Assembly (NCBI GenBank): GCA_965237805.1
Contig: OZ250153.1
Span: 448,001 to 512,000 of the forward strand
Length of the DNA stretch: 64,000 nt
DNA from: Gammaproteobacteria bacterium
Lineage (GTDB): Bacteria; Pseudomonadota; Gammaproteobacteria; JABABF01
Reading direction: 5' to 3'
Within the stretch, counting starts at the first letter, position 1, and every line of letters begins with the position of its first letter. The notes under the pieces are model-generated. The model was not told the origin of the DNA, made no database searches, and saw nothing but the letters and a program-made list of their open reading frames with translations. Below are positions 1 through 10,634 of this stretch, in pieces. Made by a program: the position numbers and the translations under genes.

Positions 1-1215
1 ACGGTCGCGCATGCCCCCACCATGCCCCCCTGTCCGCCAAATGCAGACAAGGATGAACTTCTGACGCGCATCCACGAGGCCGGCATCAGCGGCATGGGCG
101 GTGCCGGTTTTCCCTGCGCGATCAAGCTCAGCCCGCGCCACCCGATCAAATCACTGCTCCTTAACGGGGTCGAATGCGAGCCCTATATCACCGCCGATGA
201 GGCGCTGATGCGCGAACGCCCGGCAGAAGTCATCAGCGGTGCGGAGCTCTCGGCGCAGCTGCTCGGTGCCGAGGAAATTCTGATCGCGATTGAGGACAAC
301 AAACCAGAAGCCGCTGCAGCACTGCGCGCTGCGCTGGATGCGATGCCGACTTCGGTGCCAACGCAAATCGTGATGACGCCGACACGTTATCCGGCGGGTG
401 GTGAGAAGCAGCTGGTGCAAGAACTGACCGGGCGCGAAGTGCCGAGCGGCGGCCTGCCGGCAGAAGTCGGTGCCGCCTGCCAGAATGTCGCCACCAGCGC
501 CGCAATCCACCGCGCTGTGCACTGGGGCGAGGTGCTACTGAAACGCATTGTCACCGTCACCGGCGCGGGGGTGGCGCGACCCGCCAACTACGAGGTACTG
601 ATCGGCACGCCAATAGCGACGCTACTGGCAACAGCCGGAGCCCAGCTGCCCGACGATGCCCGCATCGTGGTTGGCGGACCGATGATGGGTGTCAGCGTAC
701 CCATCGACGCCCCGGTACTCAAGACCACCAACGGCATATTACTCAACGTGGAGCCGCAGGAAGCACCAGCTGACGAGGCGATGGCCTGCATCCGCTGTGG
801 CTTCTGCGCTGAGGTCTGCCCAGCCAGCCTGCTGCCGCAACAGCTCTACTGGTTTGCCCGCAGCCGCGAGGACGACAAGGCCGAGCACCACAATCTGTTC
901 GACTGCATCGAATGCGGTGCCTGCGCCTATGTCTGCCCGAGCCGCATCCCCTTGGTGCAATACTATCGCGCCGCCAAAGACTCAATCCGCCAACAACGGC
1001 GCGAACACAGTCAGTCCGACAAGGCGCGGGAACGCTTCGAAGCCAACCAACAACGCCTCGAAAGACGCCGTGAGGAGCAGGAGGAGCGCCGCCGCCAGCG
1101 CCGCCAAAAAGCACGCGATCTCGCCGACTCAGAGCAGAATGCCGTGGTTCAGGCCGCCGTCGAGCGCACGCGGCGCGACGTGGCCAACAGCCAACAGCCG
1201 CCACCGACCACATGA
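1..1215 (+). CDS. rsxC: Electron transport complex subunit RsxC/RnfC (5'-truncated by window edge)
   Basis: AGISGMGGAGFP, NGVECEPYITAD, YPAGGEKQL, GGPMMG; two ferredoxin motifs CIRCGFCAEVCP and CIECGACAYVCP; frame open from base 1. Confidence 0.95.
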   Translation, partial: TVAHAPTMPPCPPNADKDELLTRIHEAGISGMGGAGFPCAIKLSPRHPIKSLLLNGVECEPYITADEALMRERPAEVISGAELSAQLLGAEEILIAIEDNKPEAAAALRAALDAMPTSVPTQIVMTPTRYPAGGEKQLVQELTGREVPSGGLPAEVGAACQNVATSAAIHRAVHWGEVLLKRIVTVTGAGVARPANYEVLIGTPIATLLATAGAQLPDDARIVVGGPMMGVSVPIDAPVLKTTNGILLNVEPQEAPADEAMACIRCGFCAEVCPASLLPQQLYWFARSREDDKAEHHNLFDCIECGACAYVCPSRIPLVQYYRAAKDSIRQQRREHSQSDKARERFEANQQRLERRREEQEERRRQRRQKARDLADSEQNAVVQAAVERTRRDVANSQQPPPTT

Positions 1216-2231
1216 GCTCGCCACTGCGCTCCTCACCCCATATGATCGGGCCACACGACACCGCATGGGTGATGTGGCAGGTGTTGGCAGCACTGATCCC
1301 CGGGCTGGCCGCGTTGACATGGTTTTTTGGCTGGGGGCATTTGGTCAATGCGGCAATCGCCATGCTGGTCGCGCTCGCCGCCGAGACGGCGGCGCTGAAG
1401 CTGCGCAAGCTGCCGACACTGCCCAATCTGCGCGACAGTAGCGTGTTGGTCACCGCTGTTTTGCTCGGTGCCGCTCTGCCACCCTACTGCCCGTGGTGGG
1501 TGACTGTCAGCGGCACCGCCTTCGCGGTGCTGATCGGCAAGCACGCCTATGGTGGCATCGGCTACAACCCTTTCAATCCGGCCATGGTCGGCTATGTCGT
1601 GCTGCTGATCTCCTTCCCGGTGGAGATGACCCAATGGGTAGCGCCGCGCGGCTTGGGGGCATCGCCGCCGGGGCTATGGCAAACCGTGGCACTGATCTTT
1701 GGCGGCGGCGCGACCGACGGGATGACAATGGCCACGCCACTGGATTTGTTCAAGCAAGGCGGGGGGCAGCAGGTGGCCGAGCTGTGGGCTGCCACGCCAC
1801 AATTCGGCCGCTGGGGTGGCCGCGGCTGGGAATGGATCAACCTGATGTTCGCTGGCGGCGGCCTATATTTACTGTGGCGGGGCATATTCCCGTGGCACGC
1901 TCCGGTCGGCATGTTGGCGGCACTGGTCGTGCTCTCGGCGCTGTTCTACCGTAGCGGCGGTGCCGACTCCCTCGGCTCGCCGCTGATGCATTTGTGCACA
2001 GGTGCCACGATGATGGGAGCTTTCTTCATCGTCACCGACCCGGTATCCGGCAGCACCAGCAATAGGGGGAGATTGTATTTCGGTATCGGCGTTGGCAGCT
2101 TGGTCTTCGTCCTGCGCAGCTTCAGCAATTATCCAGACGGCGTCGCCTTCGCCGTGTTGCTGATGAACTTCTCAGCTCCCCTGATCGACCACTATGTACA
2201 GCCTCGCAGCTATGGCCATCCCCCCCGCTGA
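1212..2231 (+). CDS. rsxD: Electron transport complex subunit RsxD/RnfD
   Basis: SSPH N-terminus, GKHAYGGIGYNPFNPAM, FMN-attachment region TMATPL, FFIVTDPVS, YPDGVAFAVLLMN; ATGA overlap with rsxC. Confidence 0.95.
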   Translation: MSSPLRSSPHMIGPHDTAWVMWQVLAALIPGLAALTWFFGWGHLVNAAIAMLVALAAETAALKLRKLPTLPNLRDSSVLVTAVLLGAALPPYCPWWVTVSGTAFAVLIGKHAYGGIGYNPFNPAMVGYVVLLISFPVEMTQWVAPRGLGASPPGLWQTVALIFGGGATDGMTMATPLDLFKQGGGQQVAELWAATPQFGRWGGRGWEWINLMFAGGGLYLLWRGIFPWHAPVGMLAALVVLSALFYRSGGADSLGSPLMHLCTGATMMGAFFIVTDPVSGSTSNRGRLYFGIGVGSLVFVLRSFSNYPDGVAFAVLLMNFSAPLIDHYVQPRSYGHPPR

Positions 2232-2892
2232 GCGCAATTCCAAGCTGCGCGAGTACCGCCACTCCGTGGGACGCAACAGCACCACTCTGGCACTCATCGC
2301 CCTCAGCACCGCCGCCATTCTCGGCAATGTCGAGCTGGCGACCCGCAAGGCCATCGCCGAGGCGCGTCAGGCCGCCGCCGTCTCGGCGCTCAACGAGATC
2401 GTGCCGTCTAGCTGGTACGACAACGATCTGCTGAAAAGCGCACGCACGATAGAGTTCGACGGTCGCCCCAGCACGGTCTACACCGCCCGCCGCCAAGAGC
2501 GAGCCGTGGCTGTCATCCTGTCTGCCACAGCACCGGATGGCTATACTGGTGCGATTGAGTTCCTGCTCGGACTGCAGCGCGATGGCAAGATCCTCGGGGT
2601 GCGCGTGACTCATCACCGCGAGACTCCAGGCCTCGGCGACAAAGTGGATGTGCGCAAATCACCTTGGGTACTCTCCTTTGATGGCAAGTCCATGAGCAAT
2701 ACCCCAGCAACGCAATGGCAGGTCAAGCGCGACGGCGGCGCTTTCGACCAATTCACTGGTGCCACAATCACGCCGCGCGCCATGGTGCGCGCCGTCTACC
2801 GCTATTTTGAGCAAGCTGAGCGGCAACGCCGAACACTGTTCGCCGACGCGCCGATGCCACAGAGCCCCCACAGCACCGCGGGAGCTCCCTGA
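2194..2892 (+). CDS. rsxG: Electron transport complex subunit RsxG/RnfG (start uncertain)
   Basis: [41 protein letters not shown] motif. Confidence 0.92.
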   Translation: MYSLAAMAIPPAERNSKLREYRHSVGRNSTTLALIALSTAAILGNVELATRKAIAEARQAAAVSALNEIVPSSWYDNDLLKSARTIEFDGRPSTVYTARRQERAVAVILSATAPDGYTGAIEFLLGLQRDGKILGVRVTHHRETPGLGDKVDVRKSPWVLSFDGKSMSNTPATQWQVKRDGGAFDQFTGATITPRAMVRAVYRYFEQAERQRRTLFADAPMPQSPHSTAGAP

Positions 2893-3596
2893 TGCCACTC
2901 GCCGAGTTGTGGCGCAACGGCCTGTGGCATAACAACCCCGCCGTGGTACAGATGCTGGGGCTGTGCCCCCTGCTCGGTGTCAGCAATTCGGTGGTCAATG
3001 CGCTGGGTTTGGGCATCGTCACAATAGCGGTCCTCGGCTCCTCCAATTGCTTGGTGTCGATCGTGCGCAACCATGTGCCGGACACCGTGCGCTTGCCAGT
3101 CTTCGTCATGATCATCGCCGCGCTGACCACCTGCGCCGAGCTGCTGATGCAGGCCTACGCCTACCAGCTGTACACCATCCTTGGCATCTTTATCCCGATC
3201 ATCGTCACCAACTGCATCATCCTCGGACGCGCCGAGGCCTTCGCCCGCCGCAACCCGGTATTGCCAGCCACTGTAGACGGCTTGGCGATGGGTCTGGGCT
3301 TCGCCTCGGCACTGGTACTGATCGGTGCCATGCGCGAGTTGATCGGCACCGGCGGCCTGTTCGCCAATATGGATCTTCTGTTCGGCGCGGGTGCCCGCGA
3401 TTGGCACATCGCTCTGTCCGCCGACTATCCCCAAGTGCTGGCCGCGATCCTGCCACCCGGAGCCTTCTTGGTTGCGGGCTGCCTGATCGCCCTCTACCAA
3501 ATGCTGAACACGCAGCTGAAGGAGCGAGCCGCCGCCCGCGCCGCACCGGTACAGGCCGGTGCCAAGCGTGTGCGGGTGACAGGGGTGATTCGCTGA
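2892..3596 (+). CDS. rsxE: Electron transport complex subunit RsxE/RnfE
   Basis: [45 protein letters not shown]. Confidence 0.95.
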   Translation: MPLAELWRNGLWHNNPAVVQMLGLCPLLGVSNSVVNALGLGIVTIAVLGSSNCLVSIVRNHVPDTVRLPVFVMIIAALTTCAELLMQAYAYQLYTILGIFIPIIVTNCIILGRAEAFARRNPVLPATVDGLAMGLGFASALVLIGAMRELIGTGGLFANMDLLFGAGARDWHIALSADYPQVLAAILPPGAFLVAGCLIALYQMLNTQLKERAAARAAPVQAGAKRVRVTGVIR

Positions 3597-3718
3597 AGTG
3601 GGTGCTCTGCTAAAATTAAGCTTCGCAAGAGCATCAGCGCCAGTGCTGGTATCGCACTGATTGTGTGGCCCAATCAACCAGCACAGAGCCTGAGCCAAAT
3701 ATCCGCCTAGGAAGCGCA

Positions 3719-5020
3719 ATGAATCAGACACCAGAGCAGAAATCGGCCCGTTTAATCGTCGATGGGCAAGAGATCGAATTGCCATTGCGCCAAGGCACTG
3801 AAGGACCGCAAGTGCTGGAGATAGCCAATCTGCGCAAGGCTGGGATCTTCACTTACGACCCTGGCTTCACCGCCACCGCCTCCTGTGATTCCAGCATTAC
3901 TTTCCTTGATGGCGAGCGCGGCGTGCTGCGCTACCGTGGCTATCCGATCGAGCAGCTCGCCGACCACTCGTCGCATCTCGAAACCTGCTACCTACTGTTC
4001 CACGGTGACTTGCCCACCGCCCCCCAACTGCAGGATTTCACCTCCAACATCCGCCACCACACAATGGTGCACGAACACTTGCTCAGTTTCTTCAGAGGCT
4101 TCCACGCCGACGCCCACCCGATGGCGATGCTATGTAGCGCGGTCGGCGCACTGTCGGCCTTCTACCACAAGACCACCGACATCAGCGATCCGGCGGATCG
4201 TGAATTGTCGGCCATGCGCCTAATCGCCAAAATTCCGACCTTGGCGGCGATGAGCTACAAGCACTCCATCGGCCAGCCCTATGTCTATCCAGACAACACC
4301 AAGAACTACGCTGCAAACTTCCTCTACATGATGTTCAGTACACCTTGTGAGCATTACCAGCTGAATCCGGTCTTGGCACACGCGATGGACATCCTGTTGT
4401 TGCTGCATGCCGACCACGAACAGAATGCCTCGACCTCGACTGTGCGCTTAGCCGCCTCTTCCGGTGCCAATCCATTCGCCTGCGTCGCTGCTGGCATCGC
4501 CTCGCTGTGGGGAGCGGCTCACGGCGGTGCCAACGAGGCTGCATTGCACATGTTGATGGAAATCGGCGACGAGAAACACATCGGCAAATTCATCAAGCGC
4601 GCCAAAGATCCGCAGGATCCCTTCCGCCTGATGGGCTTCGGCCACCGCATCTACAAAAACTACGATCCGCGCGCTCGCGTGATGCAACAGCTGTGCGTAC
4701 AGGTGCTGGAAGAACTGGACACAGGCAACAACCCGCTGTTTCGCACAGCCCGCACACTGGAGCGTATCGCCTTGGAAGATGACTATTTCATCGAGCGCAA
4801 ACTCTACCCCAATGTGGATTTCTATTCGGGCATTATCTTGCAGGCTCTCGGTGTGCCGACTGACATGTTCACTGTCATCTTCGCCATCGGTCGCACCGCC
4901 GGATGGGTCGCACACTTGGATGAGCTGCTCGGCTCTGAATACCGCATCGGTCGACCGCGCCAGCTCTACACCGGGATGAAAAAGCGCGATTTCGTGCCGC
5001 TGGAGCGGCGCGACGGCTGA
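3719..5020 (+). CDS. gltA: Citrate synthase (type II)
   Basis: [68 protein letters not shown]. Confidence 0.97.
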   Translation: MNQTPEQKSARLIVDGQEIELPLRQGTEGPQVLEIANLRKAGIFTYDPGFTATASCDSSITFLDGERGVLRYRGYPIEQLADHSSHLETCYLLFHGDLPTAPQLQDFTSNIRHHTMVHEHLLSFFRGFHADAHPMAMLCSAVGALSAFYHKTTDISDPADRELSAMRLIAKIPTLAAMSYKHSIGQPYVYPDNTKNYAANFLYMMFSTPCEHYQLNPVLAHAMDILLLLHADHEQNASTSTVRLAASSGANPFACVAAGIASLWGAAHGGANEAALHMLMEIGDEKHIGKFIKRAKDPQDPFRLMGFGHRIYKNYDPRARVMQQLCVQVLEELDTGNNPLFRTARTLERIALEDDYFIERKLYPNVDFYSGIILQALGVPTDMFTVIFAIGRTAGWVAHLDELLGSEYRIGRPRQLYTGMKKRDFVPLERRDG

Positions 5021-5075
5021 GTGAAGCCGCGCCGCATGCCGCCCCCAAGCCGGGGCGACCGCTCATAGGGCGAGC

Positions 5076-5762
5076 TTGCCCGTGCCGCGCCAATGGCTAC
5101 CGCCAGGTGCTATGGCACTGAACACCGCGGCTGAGTTGCCCGCAGGCTTGGTGGCCATCGGCGGAGATCTGCGCGTTGCGAGCCTGATCGCTGCCTACCG
5201 CCACGGCCTGTTCCCATGGTTCCAAGCTGACGATCCCTTGCTGTGGTGGAGCCCAGAGACGCGCGCCGTGCTGTATCCCGCCGAATTCCACCGCTCGCGC
5301 TCCTTGCGCCAGCGCGAGCGGCGCGGCAACTTCGAGCTGACAGTGGATCGCGACTTCGCAGCTGTGGTAGATGGCTGCGCCAACCACCGGCGCGAGGAGA
5401 CTTGGATCACACCACAGATGCACGATGCCTATATGTCCCTGCACCGGGCTGGCTGGGCGCACAGCGTCGAGCTGTGGATGCAAGCCCAGCTCTGCGGCGG
5501 AATCTACGGCGTAGCCATCGGCGGCTGTTTCTTTGCCGAGTCGATGTTCAGCCGGGTGACGGACGCCTCCAAGCTGACACTGTCGGAGCTGTGCCGACGC
5601 TTGGAGGCATGGGGCTTCGCCTTGGTGGATTGCCAGCTGCCCAGCCCGCACCTGCACTCACTGGGCGTGCGGGACATGCCGCGAGCACTATTCCTGCGCG
5701 AGCTGCGGGCGGCACTGCGCTGGGAAGTGCAATGGGGGGTGACGACGGAGCATGTCAACTGA
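5076..5762 (+). CDS. aat: Leucyl/phenylalanyl-tRNA--protein transferase
   Basis: GGDL...AYRHGLFPW, LLWWSP, TWIT, AHSVE, GGIYGV, FFAESMFSR, DCQ. Confidence 0.95.
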   Translation: MPVPRQWLPPGAMALNTAAELPAGLVAIGGDLRVASLIAAYRHGLFPWFQADDPLLWWSPETRAVLYPAEFHRSRSLRQRERRGNFELTVDRDFAAVVDGCANHRREETWITPQMHDAYMSLHRAGWAHSVELWMQAQLCGGIYGVAIGGCFFAESMFSRVTDASKLTLSELCRRLEAWGFALVDCQLPSPHLHSLGVRDMPRALFLRELRAALRWEVQWGVTTEHVN

Positions 5763-5764
5763 GT

Positions 5765-6120
5765 TCAGTGCACCACAGGCGGCTGCGCACCGAAAAAGAG
5801 CCAAAACAATCTTCCCATATCAATGCCGTGCTCGGCGACATCCGGCAACTCGTGCCCCAACTCCGCAACTTTGAAATACCACAGCTCAGCACCACCATCG
5901 CCCTCGCGCTAATAAAGCGCCTGCGTGTTTTCCGAAATCGATTCCTGCTCGACCACCGTGGTGCCATTGTGTGCGGTCCCAAAGGCGATGATCAAATCCA
6001 TCGCTGGCGCGCCACCCCAACCGCCGGGATCAGCGGGCAGGCCATTGTTTGGCGTGTCATGGCAGACAACAGATGGATCGACGCCAAAACCAGCTGAGCC
6101 GCTCTCAGCCTGATCCCTCA
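5765..6120 (-). pseudogene. Relic C-terminal part of an alpha/beta-hydrolase (PHB depolymerase/LpqC-like esterase) with in-frame TAG at 5909-5911
   Basis: Reading through the stop gives ...GTAHNGTTVVEQESISENTQALY*REGDGGAELWYFKVAELGHELPDVAEHGIDMGRLFWLFF..., resembling the GH.xP...D....W.FF ending of LpqC-type esterases; no N-terminal GxSxG part present. Confidence 0.5.
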
Positions 6121-7281
6121 TCCCACCTTCGCCAGCCAGCGCTTGGCCAAGCTGGCACCGAGGGCTTCCAACTGCTCGACATTGCTGCCCATCAGCAGCT
6201 CGACCTTCTTGGCCCATAGGCAATAGCGCCACAGGTGATAGTCGCGATCCACGCCCATGCCGCCGTGCATATGCTGCGCGGAATAGCTGACGCGGTGGCA
6301 AGCATCGCCAGCCCAGACTTTGGCCACACACACCTCATCGGCAGCATCGGCTTCCTGAGCCAATAGCGACACCGCCTGCATCACCGCCATGCTCAGGCAC
6401 TGCACATCGATATAACAATTCGCCGCCCTATGCCCCACCGCTTGAAAGGTGGCGATCTTGACACCGAATTGCTCGCGCTCGGCGGTGTAGCCAGCCGTAA
6501 TCCGCAACATTTGATCGGCGATGCCCAGCGCTTGGGCCGCCAGCGCCGTCGTCATCCGCTCGGCGATCCACACCACGGCCGCGCGCGCTTCATCACCCTC
6601 GGCCACCACATCTTCGCCGCCCACCTGCACCCCTTTGAGTTCAACTCGGGGATAGCTCTCGCCAGTGGTGATCAACTGCTGGGTCATCGTCACGCCGTCG
6701 GCCTTTGGATCGAATAAGAGCAGCACCAGTCCATCGCCATCACCCGTGCTCGCAGGCACCAATATCCGGGCGGCACGTTTTGCCACAGGCACGCCGAACA
6801 ACTCGCCATCCAGCTGCCAACCCCCCCCCGCCCCCGCCGACGCGGTGGCGCGCAGCTCGGGACGCACGGCGCTACCGGCTGGCATGGGATCGTGCAGTGC
6901 CGGTACCACCAACTGCTCGGCATCACCGCTGAGAATACCGGGCAAGAGCCGGGTACGCTGCTCCGCAGAGCCGAAGCGAGACAATGGCAAGGCAGCGCCG
7001 ACCAAAACCTGCAACAGCGGCACTGGTGCCACATGACGTCCACTCTGCTCGATCAAGGCACTGAGCTCCTCAAAACCAAAACCCATGCCGCCATCGGCTT
7101 CGCCAACCGCCACGCCCAGCAAGCCAGCATCGGCCAGCGCCTGCCATAACTCGGCGTCGAAACGACCGTCTTCGCTGTCAGCCTCAAGCGCGCGCAGGCG
7201 CTCATTGCCGCAGAAATCGCTGAGGATTTTCTGCGCCAGCTCGGCGACCTCGCAACGCTCCTCACTAGGCTTGAAATCCAT
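6118..7281 (-). CDS. Acyl-CoA dehydrogenase, FadE28/ChsE1-like subunit
   Basis: WQALADAGLLG, YTAEREQFGVKIATFQAVGHR, QHMHGGMGVDRDY; directly downstream of a FadE29-like partner. Confidence 0.85.
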   Translation of the reverse strand: MDFKPSEERCEVAELAQKILSDFCGNERLRALEADSEDGRFDAELWQALADAGLLGVAVGEADGGMGFGFEELSALIEQSGRHVAPVPLLQVLVGAALPLSRFGSAEQRTRLLPGILSGDAEQLVVPALHDPMPAGSAVRPELRATASAGAGGGWQLDGELFGVPVAKRAARILVPASTGDGDGLVLLLFDPKADGVTMTQQLITTGESYPRVELKGVQVGGEDVVAEGDEARAAVVWIAERMTTALAAQALGIADQMLRITAGYTAEREQFGVKIATFQAVGHRAANCYIDVQCLSMAVMQAVSLLAQEADAADEVCVAKVWAGDACHRVSYSAQHMHGGMGVDRDYHLWRYCLWAKKVELLMGSNVEQLEALGASLAKRWLAKVG

Positions 7282-7318
7282 CTATCTAGCTCCCTCTATC
7301 GGAATTGCCCGCACGGGC

Positions 7319-8521
7319 TCAGCCAGCGCGCCGTGCGCGCGGCATCATCAGGCCAGCTGCGGAGATGATGTCACGCTGGATTTCATTGGCACCGCCACCG
7401 AAGGTCATGATCGAGGCGGAGCGGTACATCTGTTCCAGCCGCCCCTGCAGCGGCATCGGCACATCCTGCTGGCCGCAGCGCAACAGCGAGCGGGCACCGA
7501 CCACTTCCATCATCAGTCGGTAGATCTCGATGAAGCTCTCGGAACTGTAGACCTTGGCGGCAGATGCCTCGGCCATTTCCAAGGTCTCGTAGGTCATCGA
7601 CCACGCCTGCTTCCAACAAATCAATTTCAGAGCCTCCAAGTAGCAGTGGATACGCGCCAAATTGCTTTGCACCCACGACAGCTCGATCAGGCGACGGCCA
7701 TCACTCAGGCGCTCCTGCGCCGCCCACTCGCAGAGCATCTCAAAAGCATGTAGCGTGAAGCCGCCATTGGCCAGCGACAGGCGCTCGACATTCAGCTGGC
7801 CGGTGATCAGCTGCCAACCTTGGTGTTCCTCGCCGACCAAGTTATGGGCCGGCACCCGCACATTGTCAAAGAAGGTCGAATTGGTGCGCACCCCGCCCAG
7901 CGTGTGGATAGGGGTCACCGAGAAGCCTGTGGCGGAGTTCGGCACCAAGAACATCGACAGGCCCTTGTGGCGCTTGCGTGGGTCGGGATCGGTGCGCGCC
8001 GCCAGCCAGACATAGTCGGAGAAATTGGCGAGGCTGGTCCAGATTTTCTGACCGTTGATCACCCACTCGTCGCCATCGCGCTCGGCGCGGGTGCGCAGCG
8101 CGGCCAAATCGGTGCCAGCACTGGGCTCGGAGTAGCCGATGGAGCAGATCACCTCGCCGCGGCGGATGCCCTCCACCACGGTTTCCTGCAATTCCGGGGC
8201 AGCATTGGCCGCCAGTATCGGGCCGATGGCATCGGTGGTCAGAAAAGGATAGGGGAAGCGCATGCGCATCACTTCTTCGGTGAAGATGTACTGCTCAAAC
8301 GGCGTGACACCGCTACCGCCGAGCTCTTCCGGCCACCCCATCGAGATGTAGCCATAGCCCTCGGAACCCATCTGCCGAAGCGCCTTGCGAAACTCGGGGC
8401 CACCGCCCTCGGCACCGCTGACGGCCAGCTCGGCACGCAGTTTGGGGGTGATCAATTCCTCGAGCTGAGCGCGGATACGGTCGCGCAACTTGCGCTGCTC
8501 GGCGTTCAATTCAATGCGCAT
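7319..8521 (-). CDS. Acyl-CoA dehydrogenase, FadE29/ChsE2-like subunit
   Basis: IGYSEPSAGTDLAALRTRA, INGQKIWTS, WLAARTDP, KHKGLS-like motif, QLNVER, TFGGGANEIQRDII. Confidence 0.88.
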   Translation of the reverse strand: MRIELNAEQRKLRDRIRAQLEELITPKLRAELAVSGAEGGGPEFRKALRQMGSEGYGYISMGWPEELGGSGVTPFEQYIFTEEVMRMRFPYPFLTTDAIGPILAANAAPELQETVVEGIRRGEVICSIGYSEPSAGTDLAALRTRAERDGDEWVINGQKIWTSLANFSDYVWLAARTDPDPRKRHKGLSMFLVPNSATGFSVTPIHTLGGVRTNSTFFDNVRVPAHNLVGEEHQGWQLITGQLNVERLSLANGGFTLHAFEMLCEWAAQERLSDGRRLIELSWVQSNLARIHCYLEALKLICWKQAWSMTYETLEMAEASAAKVYSSESFIEIYRLMMEVVGARSLLRCGQQDVPMPLQGRLEQMYRSASIMTFGGGANEIQRDIISAAGLMMPRARRAG

Positions 8522-8572
8522 TAAATAGCACCCCTGCCTCGCAGCCGACAACTCCAGCCACAATTTTCCATT

Positions 8573-9832
8573 TTACACAACTCCGCTGGCCGGGGTGTCG
8601 CTGCGCTCGACCTCAGCCACCACCTCAGGAGCCACCGCGCCGTGGCGATCGGTCAACCATCCCCAACAGTAAATCGCCAGCGGCAGCAAAAGCAGCGCGG
8701 CACCCAAATAGGGTAGCCGCAGATCCAGCCCGTAGAGCAATCCTCCGATCAACGGCCCGACCACAAAACCCAATCCCGGAATCGATGCCGACAGCCCCGC
8801 CAACGCCCCCTGTTCCCACGGTGCTACGCGCAGGCTGGCGCTGGCCGTGTAGCCGGGCCCAGCCAAGCCCATGCCGATGCCACACAGGAACATGGCGACA
8901 CACAGGCCGGTAAAATCCGTCGCTGCGGCGATGCCGATATAGCCCAAAATGGCGGTCGGCAAACCGAAGCGAATCAACAGCGCTGGCGACAAGCCCAAGC
9001 GCGGCACGACCAGCAGCTGCATCGCGATGGTCGCCAGCGACAACACCATGGCGCCGAAAGCAAACAGGCGCACAGCATCGACTGTCGACAACTGCAAGTG
9101 ATCTTGGAAATAGAAGCCCAGTGTCTGTTGCGTCATCGCCAACGCCGTATACATGCAGAGGCCAACCAGCAACACGACGCGGATACGCGGATCGCGGTAG
9201 CGCAGGCGGTGCGGAGAGCCAGTGCCACGCACCAACTGACGCCCCGGCAACCAGCGCCACAAGATCAGCAACACCACCGCACAGCAGAGCACGCAAAGGT
9301 AGAGTGGAGCCAACAAGCCGTAGCGAGAAAAGTAGATCAAGCCCGGCCCAAGCACCGTGCCCAGCGCCATCGCAGCCGCCAACCGTGCCAAGCCAGCAGT
9401 GCGATCGGACAGCGATGTGACATCGGCCACAAAGGCTCCACAGGCGGGGTGGGTGGCCGCCATCAAGCCGGTGTGGAAGATGCGGTAGAAGAGCAGGATG
9501 CTGTAGAGCAACAGCCCCCCGAGCAAGCCGTTGAGACCGAACTGCACGATGGAGATGAAAATCACAGTGCCCAGCGTGTAGCCACTGATGCCGATCAGAA
9601 TCGTCCGGCGGCGACCGATGATATCGCTGTGCCGCCCCCAGAATGGGCTGACGAGAAAAAAGACCAGCGCCGAGAGCGAGACGAGTGATGTGATCTGCAA
9701 CTCGTGAAAGCCCAGCTGACGACCGAGCATCGGCATGATCGCGAATAGTACCGATTGCCCCAAGCCGATGGCGACGGTCGCCAGCGGTGTCAGCCAGAGA
9801 ACGAGCCGGACATCACCGGGAGAGAAGGGCAC
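8573..9832 (-). CDS. MFS transporter (DHA1/TetA-like)
   Basis: About 12 hydrophobic segments; motif A WGRHSDIIGRR; GFVVGPLIGG. Confidence 0.85.
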   Translation of the reverse strand: MPFSPGDVRLVLWLTPLATVAIGLGQSVLFAIMPMLGRQLGFHELQITSLVSLSALVFFLVSPFWGRHSDIIGRRRTILIGISGYTLGTVIFISIVQFGLNGLLGGLLLYSILLFYRIFHTGLMAATHPACGAFVADVTSLSDRTAGLARLAAAMALGTVLGPGLIYFSRYGLLAPLYLCVLCCAVVLLILWRWLPGRQLVRGTGSPHRLRYRDPRIRVVLLVGLCMYTALAMTQQTLGFYFQDHLQLSTVDAVRLFAFGAMVLSLATIAMQLLVVPRLGLSPALLIRFGLPTAILGYIGIAAATDFTGLCVAMFLCGIGMGLAGPGYTASASLRVAPWEQGALAGLSASIPGLGFVVGPLIGGLLYGLDLRLPYLGAALLLLPLAIYCWGWLTDRHGAVAPEVVAEVERSDTPASGVV

Positions 9833-9890
9833 GGCGATGCCTCGGCCACACGCAGAATTAGGGCGCGAATTATACCCCCCGCCGGGGCAC

Positions 9891-10601
9891 TCAGTCTGCG
9901 TGCACGCGTTTGGCCATGCGCCGCAAACTCATATGGCGCACATACTCGCCCTTGGCCACGAAGACCACATGCTCGGCCAAATTGCAGCTGTGGTCGCCGA
10001 TGCGCTCCAGCGCACGCGGAATCCACAAAAGGCGCAGGCCACCTACCAGATTGCCCCGCGCCGTCAACTCCTGCAACATCGCCGCGATAATCTCCTCACA
10101 GCTGACATCCAACAACGCATCCTGACGCGCCACCTCGTAGGCAGCCAAGCTGTCCAAGCGGGCAAAGGCATCGAGTGCATCGCGCAACATGTCTAGCACC
10201 ACTGCACCGGCAGCCTGGATCTGCTCGACACAATAAATTGAGATGCCCGCCGCAGACATCTCGACGCAGATGCGGGCGATTTTGGCCGCCTCGTCGCCGA
10301 TGCGCTCCAAATCGAAGGTGGCGTGGCCGACCGAAGTCACCAAGCGCAGATCGGTGGCAGCGGGCTGGCGGCGGGCCAAAATGGACAGGCAGAGCCGATC
10401 AATCTCCACATCGCGCTCATTGAGCTCGTGCTCGCGCTCGCAAATGGCATCAGCACGCACGCGGTCTCCGTCTGCCAGCACCTGCAGGCTGTCCTGCAGC
10501 TGTTGCGCGGCCAAGCCACCGAGACGCTGAAAACACCCGGTCAATTGACCCAATTCGTCATCGAAACCGGGGGAGATGTGATGCGAGCCGATGTCACTCA
10601 T
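9891..10601 (-). CDS. phoU: Phosphate signalling protein PhoU
   Basis: ARRQPAATDLR, DLERIGDEA, RALERIGDHSCNLAEHV. Confidence 0.95.
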   Translation of the reverse strand: MSDIGSHHISPGFDDELGQLTGCFQRLGGLAAQQLQDSLQVLADGDRVRADAICEREHELNERDVEIDRLCLSILARRQPAATDLRLVTSVGHATFDLERIGDEAAKIARICVEMSAAGISIYCVEQIQAAGAVVLDMLRDALDAFARLDSLAAYEVARQDALLDVSCEEIIAAMLQELTARGNLVGGLRLLWIPRALERIGDHSCNLAEHVVFVAKGEYVRHMSLRRMAKRVHAD

Positions 10602-10634
10602 GGCTGGTGATCCCTGTGGTGAGCTGACATCGGA

